Source: a virus (taxonomy: Duplodnaviria; Caudoviricetes). From it: a stretch of DNA of 35,611 nt. Position 1 is the stretch's first letter. The number at the start of each line of letters is the position of its first letter. Shown here piece by piece: positions 9,516-18,076 of this stretch. The DNA lies in IMG/VR virus record IMGVR_UViG_3300032257_000068, positions 1-35,611 of that record; one strand, 5' to 3'. The translations under genes and the position numbers were made by a program. The notes beneath the pieces were generated by a model that did not search any database, was not told the origin of the DNA, and saw nothing but the letters and a program-made list of their open reading frames with translations.

Positions 9516-9767
9516 TTATTCATCTAATTGGTTAAGGGCTTCGATTAAATCAACAATGACCCCAGCCCTGTCACTATATTCTGTTTTGTTATTTAGGTAA
9601 TGTTTGCGGTCATAATTAATACTGGCTTTTGCTGCTTCTGCCACCTTCTCTAATAAAGCGATTCTTTCTTTCTGTTTGGCGTTGATTTTCTTTTGTGTCT
9701 CTAGTGAGAATTTACAGCCTTTTAATAATTTATCCTTCTGCTCTAGCTTGTGAAAAATGTTTTTCAT
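9516..9767 (-). CDS. Hypothetical coiled-coil protein
   Basis: ORF with AGGA RBS; RIALLEKVAEAAK helix. Confidence 0.6.
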   Translation of the reverse strand: MKNIFHKLEQKDKLLKGCKFSLETQKKINAKQKERIALLEKVAEAAKASINYDRKHYLNNKTEYSDRAGVIVDLIEALNQLDE

Positions 9768-9821
9768 GGTTGCTTCCTTTCTAGCTGGTGACTTTCTATT
9801 TTTTCATTATCCTTTGTTAAA

Positions 9822-9923
9822 GGTGGGCTGGCCTACCTTGCTGGCACTGTTAGCTAGTGTCTAACCCAACAAGGGACGGATTCGCACCGCCGTTACACTC
9901 CCATCGGCCTAACCCATAGCACC
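9822..9923 (-). ncRNA. Candidate tRNA-like structured RNA (circularly permuted, no anticodon arm)
   Basis: T-arm-like GGCGG-TGCGAAT-CCGTC directly followed by a 9-bp helix CCTTGTTGG/CCAGCAAGG; closing GGCC/GGCC and TGGGTT/AGCCCA stems; G-U wobbles on the minus strand. Confidence 0.55.
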
Positions 9924-10123
9924 TACTTAACTAGGTCGAATTTTTCATCCGATCCTGGCTCATACTCAAAATTTATACATATTGCTTCAGGGTTCATCGT
10001 CCTGTTAAATAAACATACCGGCACTTGCTCTGATTCTATAATCGTATAATCAATATGCTTGCATGAAAAACAAGTGAACCCGTTTTTGATAATATTTTTT
10101 ATTATTTCACTTTTGCTAGTCAT
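9923..10123 (-). CDS. Small Cys-rich protein
   Basis: CFSCKH...C...C pattern. Confidence 0.6.
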   Translation of the reverse strand: MTSKSEIIKNIIKNGFTCFSCKHIDYTIIESEQVPVCLFNRTMNPEAICINFEYEPGSDEKFDLVK

Positions 10124-10406
10124 GCCTTTTAATCCTCGCTTTATACATTCTGACCATCACCGATGCCGCCTTAATATCTTTTTCTTTTATGTTTGATTTT
10201 AGAATTTCATCTACTATTACGCATTCATCAATATCTAGAATTTCCGAAACTGTTGGAAACATAACCTGCAATTCTTCTTTTAAATTATTACACCCCTTTA
10301 TATGACCAAGTAACAAAAGCAGCTTCCATAATGGAATTTCTATACATCGCATATTTTTATATATGGCCCCTTCTGTTGCTTGCTTCCATCGTCTGCCAAG
10401 CATCAA
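10116..10406 (-). CDS. Hypothetical protein (true start probably further downstream)
   Basis: ORF in operon; the 5' part overlaps the upstream gene. Confidence 0.5.
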   Translation of the reverse strand: MMLGRRWKQATEGAIYKNMRCIEIPLWKLLLLLGHIKGCNNLKEELQVMFPTVSEILDIDECVIVDEILKSNIKEKDIKAASVMVRMYKARIKRHD

Positions 10407-10692
10407 TTTTTGTTTGTGCTGCGTTTCGCTCAGCTTCTAGAAGGGTAAATTCGCGCAAGGCTTCCTCAAGCTCTTCAACTACTTTTGCGTATTCGTCAGA
10501 TGCTTCTGCTTTTGCTTCGCGCAAATTCATTGCACCGTCAGTTAAGCCAATAGCGTACGCAGCCCTTACTGATTTTCTATGAAGCTCTAAAAATCTGGCC
10601 CTAGATTTCCATTTTGCAAAATCTTCTGCTGTGTCTCGCAGGTAATTCAAAGCCTTTTCGACTTGTTCTGTTGTTATAAATTCGCGCATCAA
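10357..10692 (-). CDS. Helical phage protein
   Basis: Coiled coil ending KIDAWQTMEASNRR, a pattern I associate with phage recombination regions. Confidence 0.7.
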   Translation of the reverse strand: MMREFITTEQVEKALNYLRDTAEDFAKWKSRARFLELHRKSVRAAYAIGLTDGAMNLREAKAEASDEYAKVVEELEEALREFTLLEAERNAAQTKIDAWQTMEASNRRGHI

Positions 10693-10874
10693 TTTTCCCT
10701 GCCGGATTGTTTTTTAATCTCAGATTCAATTAAATTAACTAGCTCGCCTATTTTATCATTAATTATCTTTGTAGAATAAATTTCTGTTATAGGCCGATCA
10801 ATGCTGTATTGCGTTAATCTTACAACGCCCTCTTCAACATCAGAATCAATTGTTACGTCTATATCTTCAACCAT
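10689..10874 (-). CDS. Hypothetical protein
   Basis: ORF overlapping neighbours by a few nt. Confidence 0.55.
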   Translation of the reverse strand: MVEDIDVTIDSDVEEGVVRLTQYSIDRPITEIYSTKIINDKIGELVNLIESEIKKQSGREN

Positions 10875-11043
10875 CGCTTTTCCTAAATAGTTTTATATAA
10901 TCAATTCTCTTTTGCGCAGCCTCTTCTGACTCAAAAGGCGCGCCGCTATCAAGCAGCTTTCCATTTTCAAGCCTTACAACAAAACATTCTTTCCCGCGTG
11001 GTGTTTTGAATGGCTCAATTTTTATTTCATTCTGTTCTGCCAT
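10867..11043 (-). CDS. Hypothetical 58-aa protein (weak YegP/DUF1508-like pattern)
   Basis: Manual translation MAEQNEIKIEPFKTPRGKECFVVRLENGKLLDSGAPFESEEAAQKRIDYIK...; fills an operon gap below the track cutoff. Confidence 0.55.
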   Translation of the reverse strand: MAEQNEIKIEPFKTPRGKECFVVRLENGKLLDSGAPFESEEAAQKRIDYIKLFRKSDG

Positions 11044-11311
11044 ATCTATCTATATAATCCTGTTCTGTTGGCCCGGTTTTATGTTGTACGCAAAAAACGC
11101 TGCTCCCTTTTCTATGCGGAAAATGAAAAGCGTTGCAGCAACACGTTTCTTTTTTCCTTTCCCTTTTTTTTCTTTCGGTTATATCCTTTAGTGAGTCACG
11201 CCCGCACGATGGACAAAGAGAATATTTTTTTATTTTATATTGTTCTTTTTTCTTTCGCAGAGTTATTTGTTTTCTGCATCCATTTTTTGAGCATCTGTAA
11301 ATAAAGCCCAT
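11027..11311 (-). CDS. Basic Cys/His-rich putative zinc-finger protein
   Basis: CSKNGC, CPSC, CCCNAFHFPHRKGS..C motifs. Confidence 0.7.
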   Translation of the reverse strand: MGFIYRCSKNGCRKQITLRKKKEQYKIKKYSLCPSCGRDSLKDITERKKRERKKETCCCNAFHFPHRKGSSVFCVQHKTGPTEQDYIDRYGRTE

Positions 11312-11505
11312 TATTTAAACTTTTCATTCTGTATTTTTCTTGATTCCCGTATAAGCGCCTGGCCAAGCTTCCTTGCGTTATCTGGATACATCACAAGGTT
11401 TTCAATCGGATGATTGAACGCCATCACAACCTGTTCGTCAACAGTCCCAACTCTAAATTGAACCGGCGTTTTCGGCGCATCTCCGCCCTGTTTTTTACTA
11501 GCCAT
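11311..11505 (-). CDS. Hypothetical protein
   Basis: TAATG-coupled ORF. Confidence 0.65.
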   Translation of the reverse strand: MASKKQGGDAPKTPVQFRVGTVDEQVVMAFNHPIENLVMYPDNARKLGQALIRESRKIQNEKFK

Positions 11506-11792
11506 TATTTTTCCTTTATTATTTCATTTAAAATCTGATCGACACTCCAAACAATTCGATAGTGCCCTAAAAAAGTTTTTAATATTCTTTTCTGGCTATC
11601 CCTTAAAGCTGAATCTTTGACTGTGCCATCAACTTTTATTTCTTTAAGGCTTTTTATTTCATACCAATAAGTTCGCCCTTTATAACCAACTAAAATATCA
11701 TCGTGATCAACCTCAACAGAAACACCAGGAATTGTTCTAAGCGCTTTTACAATTCCGGGTTGATTCACATCTACTTTTTTTGCGTACTTCAT
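11505..11792 (-). CDS. PD-(D/E)xK nuclease, VRR-NUC-like / putative Holliday junction resolvase
   Basis: KVDVNQPGIVKALR...DILVGYKG..WYEIKS...LRDSQK. Confidence 0.75.
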   Translation of the reverse strand: MKYAKKVDVNQPGIVKALRTIPGVSVEVDHDDILVGYKGRTYWYEIKSLKEIKVDGTVKDSALRDSQKRILKTFLGHYRIVWSVDQILNEIIKEK

Positions 11793-12208
11793 TAAAACGG
11801 AATAGAGTCATCGAAGTCAGGCTGCGCCGATACTTCCTGTGCATTTCCTGGCACCGATGAATTTTGCGCTTGCTCTTTGCTGCCAAGCATCACAAGCTGA
11901 CCCGCAATAATTCCTGTATAGTATCGCTCTAGTCCTTCCCTGTCCTTGGCTTTGTTGGTTTGCATTTTTCCTGATACGTACACCTGCGATCCTTTCTTTA
12001 GGTATTCGCCAACAATTTCTGCAAGCCTTCCAAATGCCGACACGTTCACCCATTCTGTGCGTTCTTGCTGCTGCCCTGTTTCCTTGTCTTTCCATTTTTC
12101 ATTGCATGCAATCGAAAACTTTGCGACAGCCTTTCCGTTTTGCATATATCTAAGTTCAGGATCGCCGCCCAAATTGCCTATAAAATTACATTGATTTAAA
12201 CTTGCCAT
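11792..12208 (-). CDS. ssb: Single-stranded DNA-binding protein
   Basis: LNQCNFIGNLGGDPELRY, ERTEW, YLKKGSQVYVSG; acidic tail DFDDSIPF. Confidence 0.97.
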   Translation of the reverse strand: MASLNQCNFIGNLGGDPELRYMQNGKAVAKFSIACNEKWKDKETGQQQERTEWVNVSAFGRLAEIVGEYLKKGSQVYVSGKMQTNKAKDREGLERYYTGIIAGQLVMLGSKEQAQNSSVPGNAQEVSAQPDFDDSIPF

Positions 12209-12209
12209 T

Positions 12210-12443
12210 TTAATTCCTTTCAATTGTCATTACGGGTTTATATAAAAAGCTCCAATCTTCTGCTTCTTTTTTCGGTTTTTGCTTTGTCTTTTTAGCCCAT
12301 TCCTTCTGGCTTTTCTTTAAACATTCAATACACATTGGTAATCTGTAGCCTTTATGCTTAGGCCCATGCAGCCTGAAATGATGGACTTCTTTTACTTCGC
12401 CGCATCCGCCATCCTCAACAGACCTGCATTTTTTAAACTCCAT
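12210..12443 (-). CDS. Small putative zinc-finger protein
   Basis: KKC...CGEVK..HF...MCIEC pattern. Confidence 0.65.
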   Translation of the reverse strand: MEFKKCRSVEDGGCGEVKEVHHFRLHGPKHKGYRLPMCIECLKKSQKEWAKKTKQKPKKEAEDWSFLYKPVMTIERN

Positions 12444-14010
12444 TTATCGCTACTCTTTCGATCTTGTTTTCAATAATCAGCTTTGCAACTTTCTTTGCTG
12501 TTATTTTTCCAATGCCGTTATAGATAAGCGAAAGCTCTATTTCATCTTGAATAACATCAAGAATAACAACCTTTGCTTGGGGCTTCTTCGCTAATTCCTT
12601 TAATTCTTGAAGCTCTGCTTTTTCTTTTTCAAGGTTTTTGTTTGCCTGCTCTTCAGAGACTTTTGCAGCCTCATCAATTACAGCTTGCGCTTCAGCTGCA
12701 AATCTTTCGCGCTCAGCTTCAAGCTTTTCATCTTCCAGCCTTTTATGCTCATTGATGCGAGACTCTATCAGCAGCTTTAGATCATCATGATCCTTGAACA
12801 CAATGCTGGTTATGTCGTTAAATAAAAACTCCTTTTCTGTTGCTCTTATTAACTCAAGGTTTTTTTCTACCTTTTCACCAGCTTCATTTGCAACAATCTT
12901 TGCCCTGGCCAACTCATCATTTGCCGCTGAACGCAAAGAGGCTATTGTTTTTTTGCCTTTTATGGCTTGTTCAAAATTTGCATCATCTTTAATAATAACG
13001 ATGCCGAATTTTTTATTTAGATCAAAAATAAATTCTTGAATCTCTGCTTTTGCTTCGCCGATAATCTCAGATCTAATTAATCCTTTTTTTGTCCTGACTG
13101 ACTTTTCAAGATTCAGCCGTTTTTCTCTCATGCTATCCTTCAGGCTGTTGATAGTTCTGAATAGCTCACTAATATCAGCTGTTTGTTCAAGCGCTTGGCC
13201 TTTTACCATCTCAAGCTTGCTTTCTGCTTCTGAACAAAACTTTACAGTTTTTTCGGCATTTGCAAAATCTTCATCTGTTTTTAAATCAGTATTAATTGCA
13301 TCAATAAAGGCTTGAGCGCTTTTTTCATATAAGGCAAGATTTGATGATTTTACTTGACCGTCAATTTGAATATTAATTGCAGGTAATTCCATAATGGCTT
13401 GCGCTGCTGGCTTTACCTCTTCTGCTTTATGGGAATAAGATTCAAGATCAGACTGAAATTGCTTCCAGCCGTTTATTATTTTTTTCCGCAATGCAAGATC
13501 AGGAAATACCCACATTTTTGCGAACTTCTCAAGCGTTCCATCTGACACAACAAACAAGCATTTCTCAGCACCTGATAATATAAATTGCTGCTCTATTTGG
13601 ATTCTGTACATTTTCGGCAAATCTCCCTCACGTTCAACAAGCGAGAAAAGATCTTTGTTGAATAGCTTATGCTCAAATAAAATATCGCTTAACATGGTCA
13701 AGCCATCACATGATGCCAGCAGTTTCAACCCTTCAATTTCATCTGTTAATGTTGCCGGGAATAATTCAGCGCCAATGATTTTTTCTATTTCTGGCCGGAT
13801 CAATTTTTCTGCAATGTGACCTTTTGCGAAAAGCTGCTTTTGAAAATCGCCTACCTCTTCAGTTTCACCTGTTGCTTTTTGCTTCAGTAGATCGTCGCGC
13901 TTCATATATTTAGATTCTGACATCATTGCAGGCGCTTCTGATGCTGTAAAATAATCAGCTCTTAAATCTAACCATTCTTGCGTGCCTTGTTTAACATTCA
14001 CGATTTGCAT
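12433..14010 (-). CDS. YqaJ / lambda-exonuclease-family recombination nuclease with coiled-coil C-terminal domain
   Basis: QGTQEWLDLR..TASEA, GH.AE, LASCDGL, FEHK, YRIQIEQQ motifs; adjacent to bet. Confidence 0.9.
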   Translation of the reverse strand: MQIVNVKQGTQEWLDLRADYFTASEAPAMMSESKYMKRDDLLKQKATGETEEVGDFQKQLFAKGHIAEKLIRPEIEKIIGAELFPATLTDEIEGLKLLASCDGLTMLSDILFEHKLFNKDLFSLVEREGDLPKMYRIQIEQQFILSGAEKCLFVVSDGTLEKFAKMWVFPDLALRKKIINGWKQFQSDLESYSHKAEEVKPAAQAIMELPAINIQIDGQVKSSNLALYEKSAQAFIDAINTDLKTDEDFANAEKTVKFCSEAESKLEMVKGQALEQTADISELFRTINSLKDSMREKRLNLEKSVRTKKGLIRSEIIGEAKAEIQEFIFDLNKKFGIVIIKDDANFEQAIKGKKTIASLRSAANDELARAKIVANEAGEKVEKNLELIRATEKEFLFNDITSIVFKDHDDLKLLIESRINEHKRLEDEKLEAERERFAAEAQAVIDEAAKVSEEQANKNLEKEKAELQELKELAKKPQAKVVILDVIQDEIELSLIYNGIGKITAKKVAKLIIENKIERVAINGV

Positions 14011-14037
14011 TTTAAACCCCTTGTATTCTGTTTAATA

Positions 14038-14838
14038 TCAGCTTTCTCTGATTTGCTTTTTCTGCTCATCGGTCAATTTACCCTTAGATTCTACCATAGC
14101 TATAATGTCATCGGGTGTCTTTTTTCCTGACTGTATCACGGAAGCCCATGCAGAAAAATTCTTGTTAAAATCAGCCTCTAGGTACATAAGCTCTGCTGGC
14201 TGCTCATGGTTTACAACTTCAGCCTCTTCAACATCAATGATCTTTCCGTCCATCTCTTCTGCTGTTGGCGACTGCCCTATTTCTGGCCAGCCTTTTCTGA
14301 GTGCTTGCGCCTCTGCACATTTTGCAATTTGTCCGCGTGGTCGCTTTCGCCACATCGCATTGGGTGCTGTTGCGCTTCGGCCAGCTGTCGCATAATTTTC
14401 AAGCCAGTATTCTTTGGCCACAAATTCAACAATCTGGTTTCCGATTAGTTTTTTGACTGAAATTTTGCACCACTCAGGAAAAGAGTGCTGGATCTCGTTT
14501 CCGTTTTTGTCAACAAATGCTTGCGTTATAAGATCGCCAAATTCAGGTTCTGATACACCGGCCAAGGTGCCAGAGCGATCCGCCTGTATTCTGTATAAAC
14601 CTATACCCGGCATAATCACATCTTTCCATACATATTCACCTGATGAGGCATCACGCACGTTCATAGGCACAATATGCACAGGCTTCTGCATGGGATCAAG
14701 CTGGGCTGCTTCACAATAAGAAATAACCATTTCTACAGAATCACGCTTTGCGCCAGTGTAAAGGCTATTTTGCAGCGTAGTTATAAGCTTATCCCTTGAT
14801 GGCGCATCAACAGAAAGCGCCTTTGCATTGTCATTCAT
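14038..14838 (-). CDS. bet: Single-strand annealing recombinase (Bet/RecT family)
   Basis: YCEAAQLDPMQKPVHIVP, GIGLYRIQADRSG, MWRKRPRGQIAKCAEAQALRKGWP; ATG at 14838 preferred. Confidence 0.9.
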   Translation of the reverse strand: MNDNAKALSVDAPSRDKLITTLQNSLYTGAKRDSVEMVISYCEAAQLDPMQKPVHIVPMNVRDASSGEYVWKDVIMPGIGLYRIQADRSGTLAGVSEPEFGDLITQAFVDKNGNEIQHSFPEWCKISVKKLIGNQIVEFVAKEYWLENYATAGRSATAPNAMWRKRPRGQIAKCAEAQALRKGWPEIGQSPTAEEMDGKIIDVEEAEVVNHEQPAELMYLEADFNKNFSAWASVIQSGKKTPDDIIAMVESKGKLTDEQKKQIRES

Positions 14839-14873
14839 AATTAACCCCTTCAAATTTGTTTGTGTGTCTGCTA

Positions 14874-14901
14874 ATATTACATTATTAACCAATTAAATCA
14901 A
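14874..14901 (-). promoter_or_regulatory. Candidate sigma70 promoter for the recombination operon
   Basis: TTGATT-16 nt-TAATAT with the TGTAATATT context shared with three other promoters. Confidence 0.55.
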
Positions 14902-14918
14902 CTAAAAAAGGACAAAAA

Positions 14919-15113
14919 ATGCCTAAAAGCACCCCTCAATCCCGTAAAAAAAATGCTATTAAACAATTTGGATCGGTTCAATCTGCCGCCAAAGCGCTTG
15001 GCTTTACCCGCCAATACTTTTACACCCTTCTTAATAACGGCCCAAGCTCATTAGCGCAAGATAGAATAAAAGGTCGCGGCTATAACCCGTTTACATTTAA
15101 GCCGCTAAAATAG
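14919..15113 (+). CDS. Cro-like HTH transcriptional regulator
   Basis: AIKQFGSVQSAAKALGFTRQYFY; AGGA RBS; divergent from bet. Confidence 0.75.
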   Translation: MPKSTPQSRKKNAIKQFGSVQSAAKALGFTRQYFYTLLNNGPSSLAQDRIKGRGYNPFTFKPLK

Positions 15114-15416
15114 CGATTTACTTACCGCTAGTTCTGGAAGGGATAAAACGATCCCTTCCTTAACTGCTCTTTGTAGCGTTTTGCTGATCCACATCCATTG
15201 ATTAGGCCAGGCCTCCGGCGTGTTGTGGATCCATGTATGGCACCCTCTGCACATTGGCATGATCAAAAGATCGCAAGCTGTCATCCCTGCGCCACTCTCA
15301 CCAACTCCGATTGCATGATGAGGATCATCAGCTGGTGCGCCACAATTGCAGCAATTAAGCGAAACAACCCATGCTTTGTATTTTTTGCTTCTTATTGGTG
15401 AAAGTTTATATATCAT
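15105..15416 (-). CDS. DUF968-like putative HNH-type nuclease
   Basis: WVVSLNCCNCGAPADDPHH.IG.G..G.G...D...MPMCRGCH. Confidence 0.8.
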   Translation of the reverse strand: MIYKLSPIRSKKYKAWVVSLNCCNCGAPADDPHHAIGVGESGAGMTACDLLIMPMCRGCHTWIHNTPEAWPNQWMWISKTLQRAVKEGIVLSLPELAVSKSLF

Positions 15417-15742
15417 CGTGTTGCCTTTTTAAATAATACCGCTTTGCCCCTGTGTACATTCTGACGTGGTGTAACAGGTGAAAGATGTGTTGGATTTACG
15501 CAGCATCTATTTTCACAGTACACATGATCTAAAAAATCCTTTTCCCTTATAATGCCTTTTAAAAATAAAAACGTTAGCCTATGCGCCATGAATCGCCGAC
15601 CAAACATTCTGCACCGGCCATATCCGTTCCTGTTTATTTCGCCTGCCCATTCCCAGCAACCAGAATCAAGAATAATAACAATTTTTAACTGTACCTTTTC
15701 TGGTAGCTTGCTAAGCAAATACATTTGTGTCTTTGTAATCAT
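15413..15742 (-). CDS. HNH endonuclease
   Basis: GCWEWAG...GYG...AHRL...LDH..CENRCCVNPTHL..VT..QN. Confidence 0.9.
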   Translation of the reverse strand: MITKTQMYLLSKLPEKVQLKIVIILDSGCWEWAGEINRNGYGRCRMFGRRFMAHRLTFLFLKGIIREKDFLDHVYCENRCCVNPTHLSPVTPRQNVHRGKAVLFKKATR

Positions 15743-15753
15743 TTAGTAAACCC

Positions 15754-15879
15754 TCAACTAAAAACCCAAACCCATAATCCGATACCTATAAAAATAGGGA
15801 TAACCGCGATCATGCAACTAATAGCCATCCACCCAACAAAACAAACTAGACCAATTGCGCCTTCTATAATTTCTCTCAT
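15754..15879 (-). CDS. Small membrane protein (41 aa)
   Basis: MREIIEGAIGLVCFVGW...; ATG at 15879 with AGGGG RBS; the track's longer version overlaps the upstream gene. Confidence 0.5.
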   Translation of the reverse strand: MREIIEGAIGLVCFVGWMAISCMIAVIPIFIGIGLWVWVFS

Positions 15880-15895
15880 CTTATACCCCTTGTTG

Positions 15896-16207
15896 TTAAA
15901 CGATTTGCTCATAACGCCAAATGACGATAGGCCTTGCATGACTTGTGACAACCTCTGTTTTTTTCCATCCACAATGTTTAAAATATTTAGGTGTAAAAAT
16001 TGCGCCCCATGCGCCGGGATGATGTGGCTGAAGGTCATTTTCTTGCGCGACTCTTCGCAGATCATCACAAGTTACTGTGCCATTCTTTTTTGCAATATCA
16101 ATTGCAATCTTTCTCATGGCCACAACAAAACCTTTGCCATGAAACTCTACACGATCAAGACCAAAGATTTTTTCTTGTTCGCTTTTTTGTGCGTTAAATT
16201 CGATCAT
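15896..16207 (-). CDS. Hypothetical protein (possible winged helix)
   Basis: VTCDDLR...PHHPGAWGAIF...SHARPIVIW pattern. Confidence 0.7.
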   Translation of the reverse strand: MIEFNAQKSEQEKIFGLDRVEFHGKGFVVAMRKIAIDIAKKNGTVTCDDLRRVAQENDLQPHHPGAWGAIFTPKYFKHCGWKKTEVVTSHARPIVIWRYEQIV

Positions 16208-16383
16208 AATGAACCCCTTATTTTATCGACCATTTCGTCGTCATACTTAACACCATTTGCAATTTGAGTCATTGCTATAGCATAAGCATCAAAATATTTT
16301 TCATCACTTATACCGGCCATATATCCTTGTGAATATATCTCTTCTGCTAGCATCCTAAATGATTCACGTATTTGTTCTATCAT
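16204..16383 (-). CDS. Hypothetical 59-aa protein
   Basis: Manual translation MIEQIRESFRMLAEEIYSQGY...; ATGA overlaps on both sides. Confidence 0.6.
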   Translation of the reverse strand: MIEQIRESFRMLAEEIYSQGYMAGISDEKYFDAYAIAMTQIANGVKYDDEMVDKIRGSL

Positions 16384-16643
16384 AACTTAACCCTTAAAGG
16401 GGGGGATAAACGTTCACAAAGTTTCGAGACAGATTTATAGTTTTTAATTTCTTTCGGTAATACCTGTTTAAGTATATATCTTGAGACTGATTCAGGGATC
16501 CGCCTGGTGCCTTTCTCCATCTGATCAAGGTTTGTTTGTGTAATACTGGTACTGCATGCTGCGTTTAATTTTACAACACCCCTCGCTACTGATTTATATG
16601 TTTCCCTTGAATGCTGCTTATAAGCTGATACCAAGTTATTCAT
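16380..16643 (-). CDS. Hypothetical protein, possible HTH
   Basis: ITQTNLDQMEKGTRRIP resembles an XRE-type recognition helix. Confidence 0.55.
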   Translation of the reverse strand: MNNLVSAYKQHSRETYKSVARGVVKLNAACSTSITQTNLDQMEKGTRRIPESVSRYILKQVLPKEIKNYKSVSKLCERLSPPLRVKL

Positions 16644-16920
16644 TATTAACCCCTTGATTTATTTTTCGTAAAGCTCTTTCGTTAATCAAAACCTGATCAT
16701 GAAAATAACGATAAATAATTTTTAGCGCTGATTTTCCTAGTTTTTCATAGTCAAGATTTTTTCCAATAGCGCATTTAATGTCTTTAAGATCGTCTGCGTT
16801 TATATGCATAAATGCGGTATGGAGATCAGGAATCCCTGCCTCATTGATTATTGCTTCTGTCTTCTGAACAAGTTGAATTATCGATAATTGTTCATTGATT
16901 GCACGTGATGTTTTGCCCAT
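16636..16920 (-). CDS. Hypothetical protein
   Basis: ORF with GGAG RBS. Confidence 0.65.
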   Translation of the reverse strand: MGKTSRAINEQLSIIQLVQKTEAIINEAGIPDLHTAFMHINADDLKDIKCAIGKNLDYEKLGKSALKIIYRYFHDQVLINERALRKINQGVNNE

Positions 16921-16923
16921 TGT

Positions 16924-17163
16924 CTATGCTCCATATGTGAAATTTTCATATTCTGCCGCAAGTGTTCTGATCATTTCTTGCGCCAGCTGTAACCCCTTTG
17001 GGGTGAATATGATCTGATATTCCGGGAACCCATGTTTAGTCCTTTGCGTTTTTCCGGGAATTACTAGATCGCGTCTTTCAAGTGCTCGCATTGTCTCAAG
17101 GGCGCAAAAAGAATTTTCTGTTATATATGCCCTTAACAATGCGCAAATCATTTTCTCAGTCAT
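16924..17163 (-). CDS. Hypothetical protein
   Basis: ORF in operon; ALERRDLV...FTPKG is winged-helix-like. Confidence 0.6.
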   Translation of the reverse strand: MTEKMICALLRAYITENSFCALETMRALERRDLVIPGKTQRTKHGFPEYQIIFTPKGLQLAQEMIRTLAAEYENFTYGA

Positions 17164-17166
17164 TAT

Positions 17167-17877
17167 CTAATTCCCCCCCCATTGATCGGCCATTGCATCT
17201 GCAATGCCTTGATAAGTTTTTGATCTATCTCTTGATCGCGTTGGTGATGGGCTTAAACGGTTCTGCCCTGAATCAGTTTGATTGGCCCATCGTTCCACGG
17301 CCGGGCCGCTATCGCCGCAACAGTTCGGGCAACCATAAACACCTAAACCATACTCAAAACTATGCCCACAACCACAAACCAAACGGCCATCAATTATTTT
17401 GGTCGGCTCAAGCTTGGGCAATCCGTGAAGGGTTAAGCCTGTCTTTTTACTGGCATCTTCACCGAAATCATAAGGCTGGATATATTGCGGCTTAGGTAAA
17501 TGAGGCAGGTTAGTGTGTATTACGCCTTGTGGGTTTTCCATGCACACACGATCACACTCTTTTGTCGCTAGCTTCCACAAAAAGTCAATATCTTGTACGG
17601 CTTTTAAGCGTTCCCAATGTTTGGGTTTTCCTTTGGCGTAAACATGGTTACCCGCTACTGTCAAAGCTGTGCATTCAGGGTGCATAATAATTAAATCCCA
17701 TTTAACTCGTCTGCATATTTGTTTAGCCAGCATAATTGCTGCAATGGCTTCTGTCTGTACGTGATACTTTGAGCCATCACGTGCTGGTACTAGGTCGCAT
17801 GACCATGCGTTATGGCCTCGATCCCTAAAAGCCTGGCGCACTGTCCCTGATTCTTCATGTGTGATCAATACGTTCAT
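17167..17877 (-). CDS. Phage-type DNA cytosine-C5 methyltransferase-like protein
   Basis: VLITHEESGTVRQAF..GH.AWSCDL, WDLIIMHPECT, MENP, IQPYDFG, RSKTYQGIADAMADQWG. Confidence 0.8.
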   Translation of the reverse strand: MNVLITHEESGTVRQAFRDRGHNAWSCDLVPARDGSKYHVQTEAIAAIMLAKQICRRVKWDLIIMHPECTALTVAGNHVYAKGKPKHWERLKAVQDIDFLWKLATKECDRVCMENPQGVIHTNLPHLPKPQYIQPYDFGEDASKKTGLTLHGLPKLEPTKIIDGRLVCGCGHSFEYGLGVYGCPNCCGDSGPAVERWANQTDSGQNRLSPSPTRSRDRSKTYQGIADAMADQWGGN

Positions 17878-18065
17878 TACTTAACCCTTGTTATTTTTTG
17901 GTGTCCACCATCGACTAAGATAGAGTCGCCTATATTTAACATTACAGCTTTGCCAACATCATTATTTTCATAACCACCTTTTTTAAAATGCGATGTTCCC
18001 TTGGTTTCGACGCATGGCCCATTTACATAAGTGTCATCATATTCAAATTTAAAAAGCATTTTCAT
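17877..18065 (-). CDS. Hypothetical protein, apparent paralogue of 18077..18271
   Basis: Shares GY..ND...L.I..S.L...KITR with its neighbour. Confidence 0.7.
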   Translation of the reverse strand: MKMLFKFEYDDTYVNGPCVETKGTSHFKKGGYENNDVGKAVMLNIGDSILVDGGHQKITRVK

Positions 18066-18076
18066 TTACTTGTCCC

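Noticed and set aside
9845-9859. Amber-suppressor anticodon (CUA-centred 7-nt loop) in the tRNA-like element
   Set aside because: Loop AGCUAAC lacks U33 and caps the acceptor-like stem; genes ending in TAG look complete, so there is no sign of stop-codon recoding
15413-15742. HNH as an intron-encoded homing endonuclease
   Set aside because: Free-standing in an operon with no split host gene visible
15725-16267. 180-aa plus-strand ORF and other antisense ORFs in the track (e.g. 17082..17495, 28766..29158, 20085..20300)
   Set aside because: They shadow better-supported genes on the opposite strand and show no recognisable motifs
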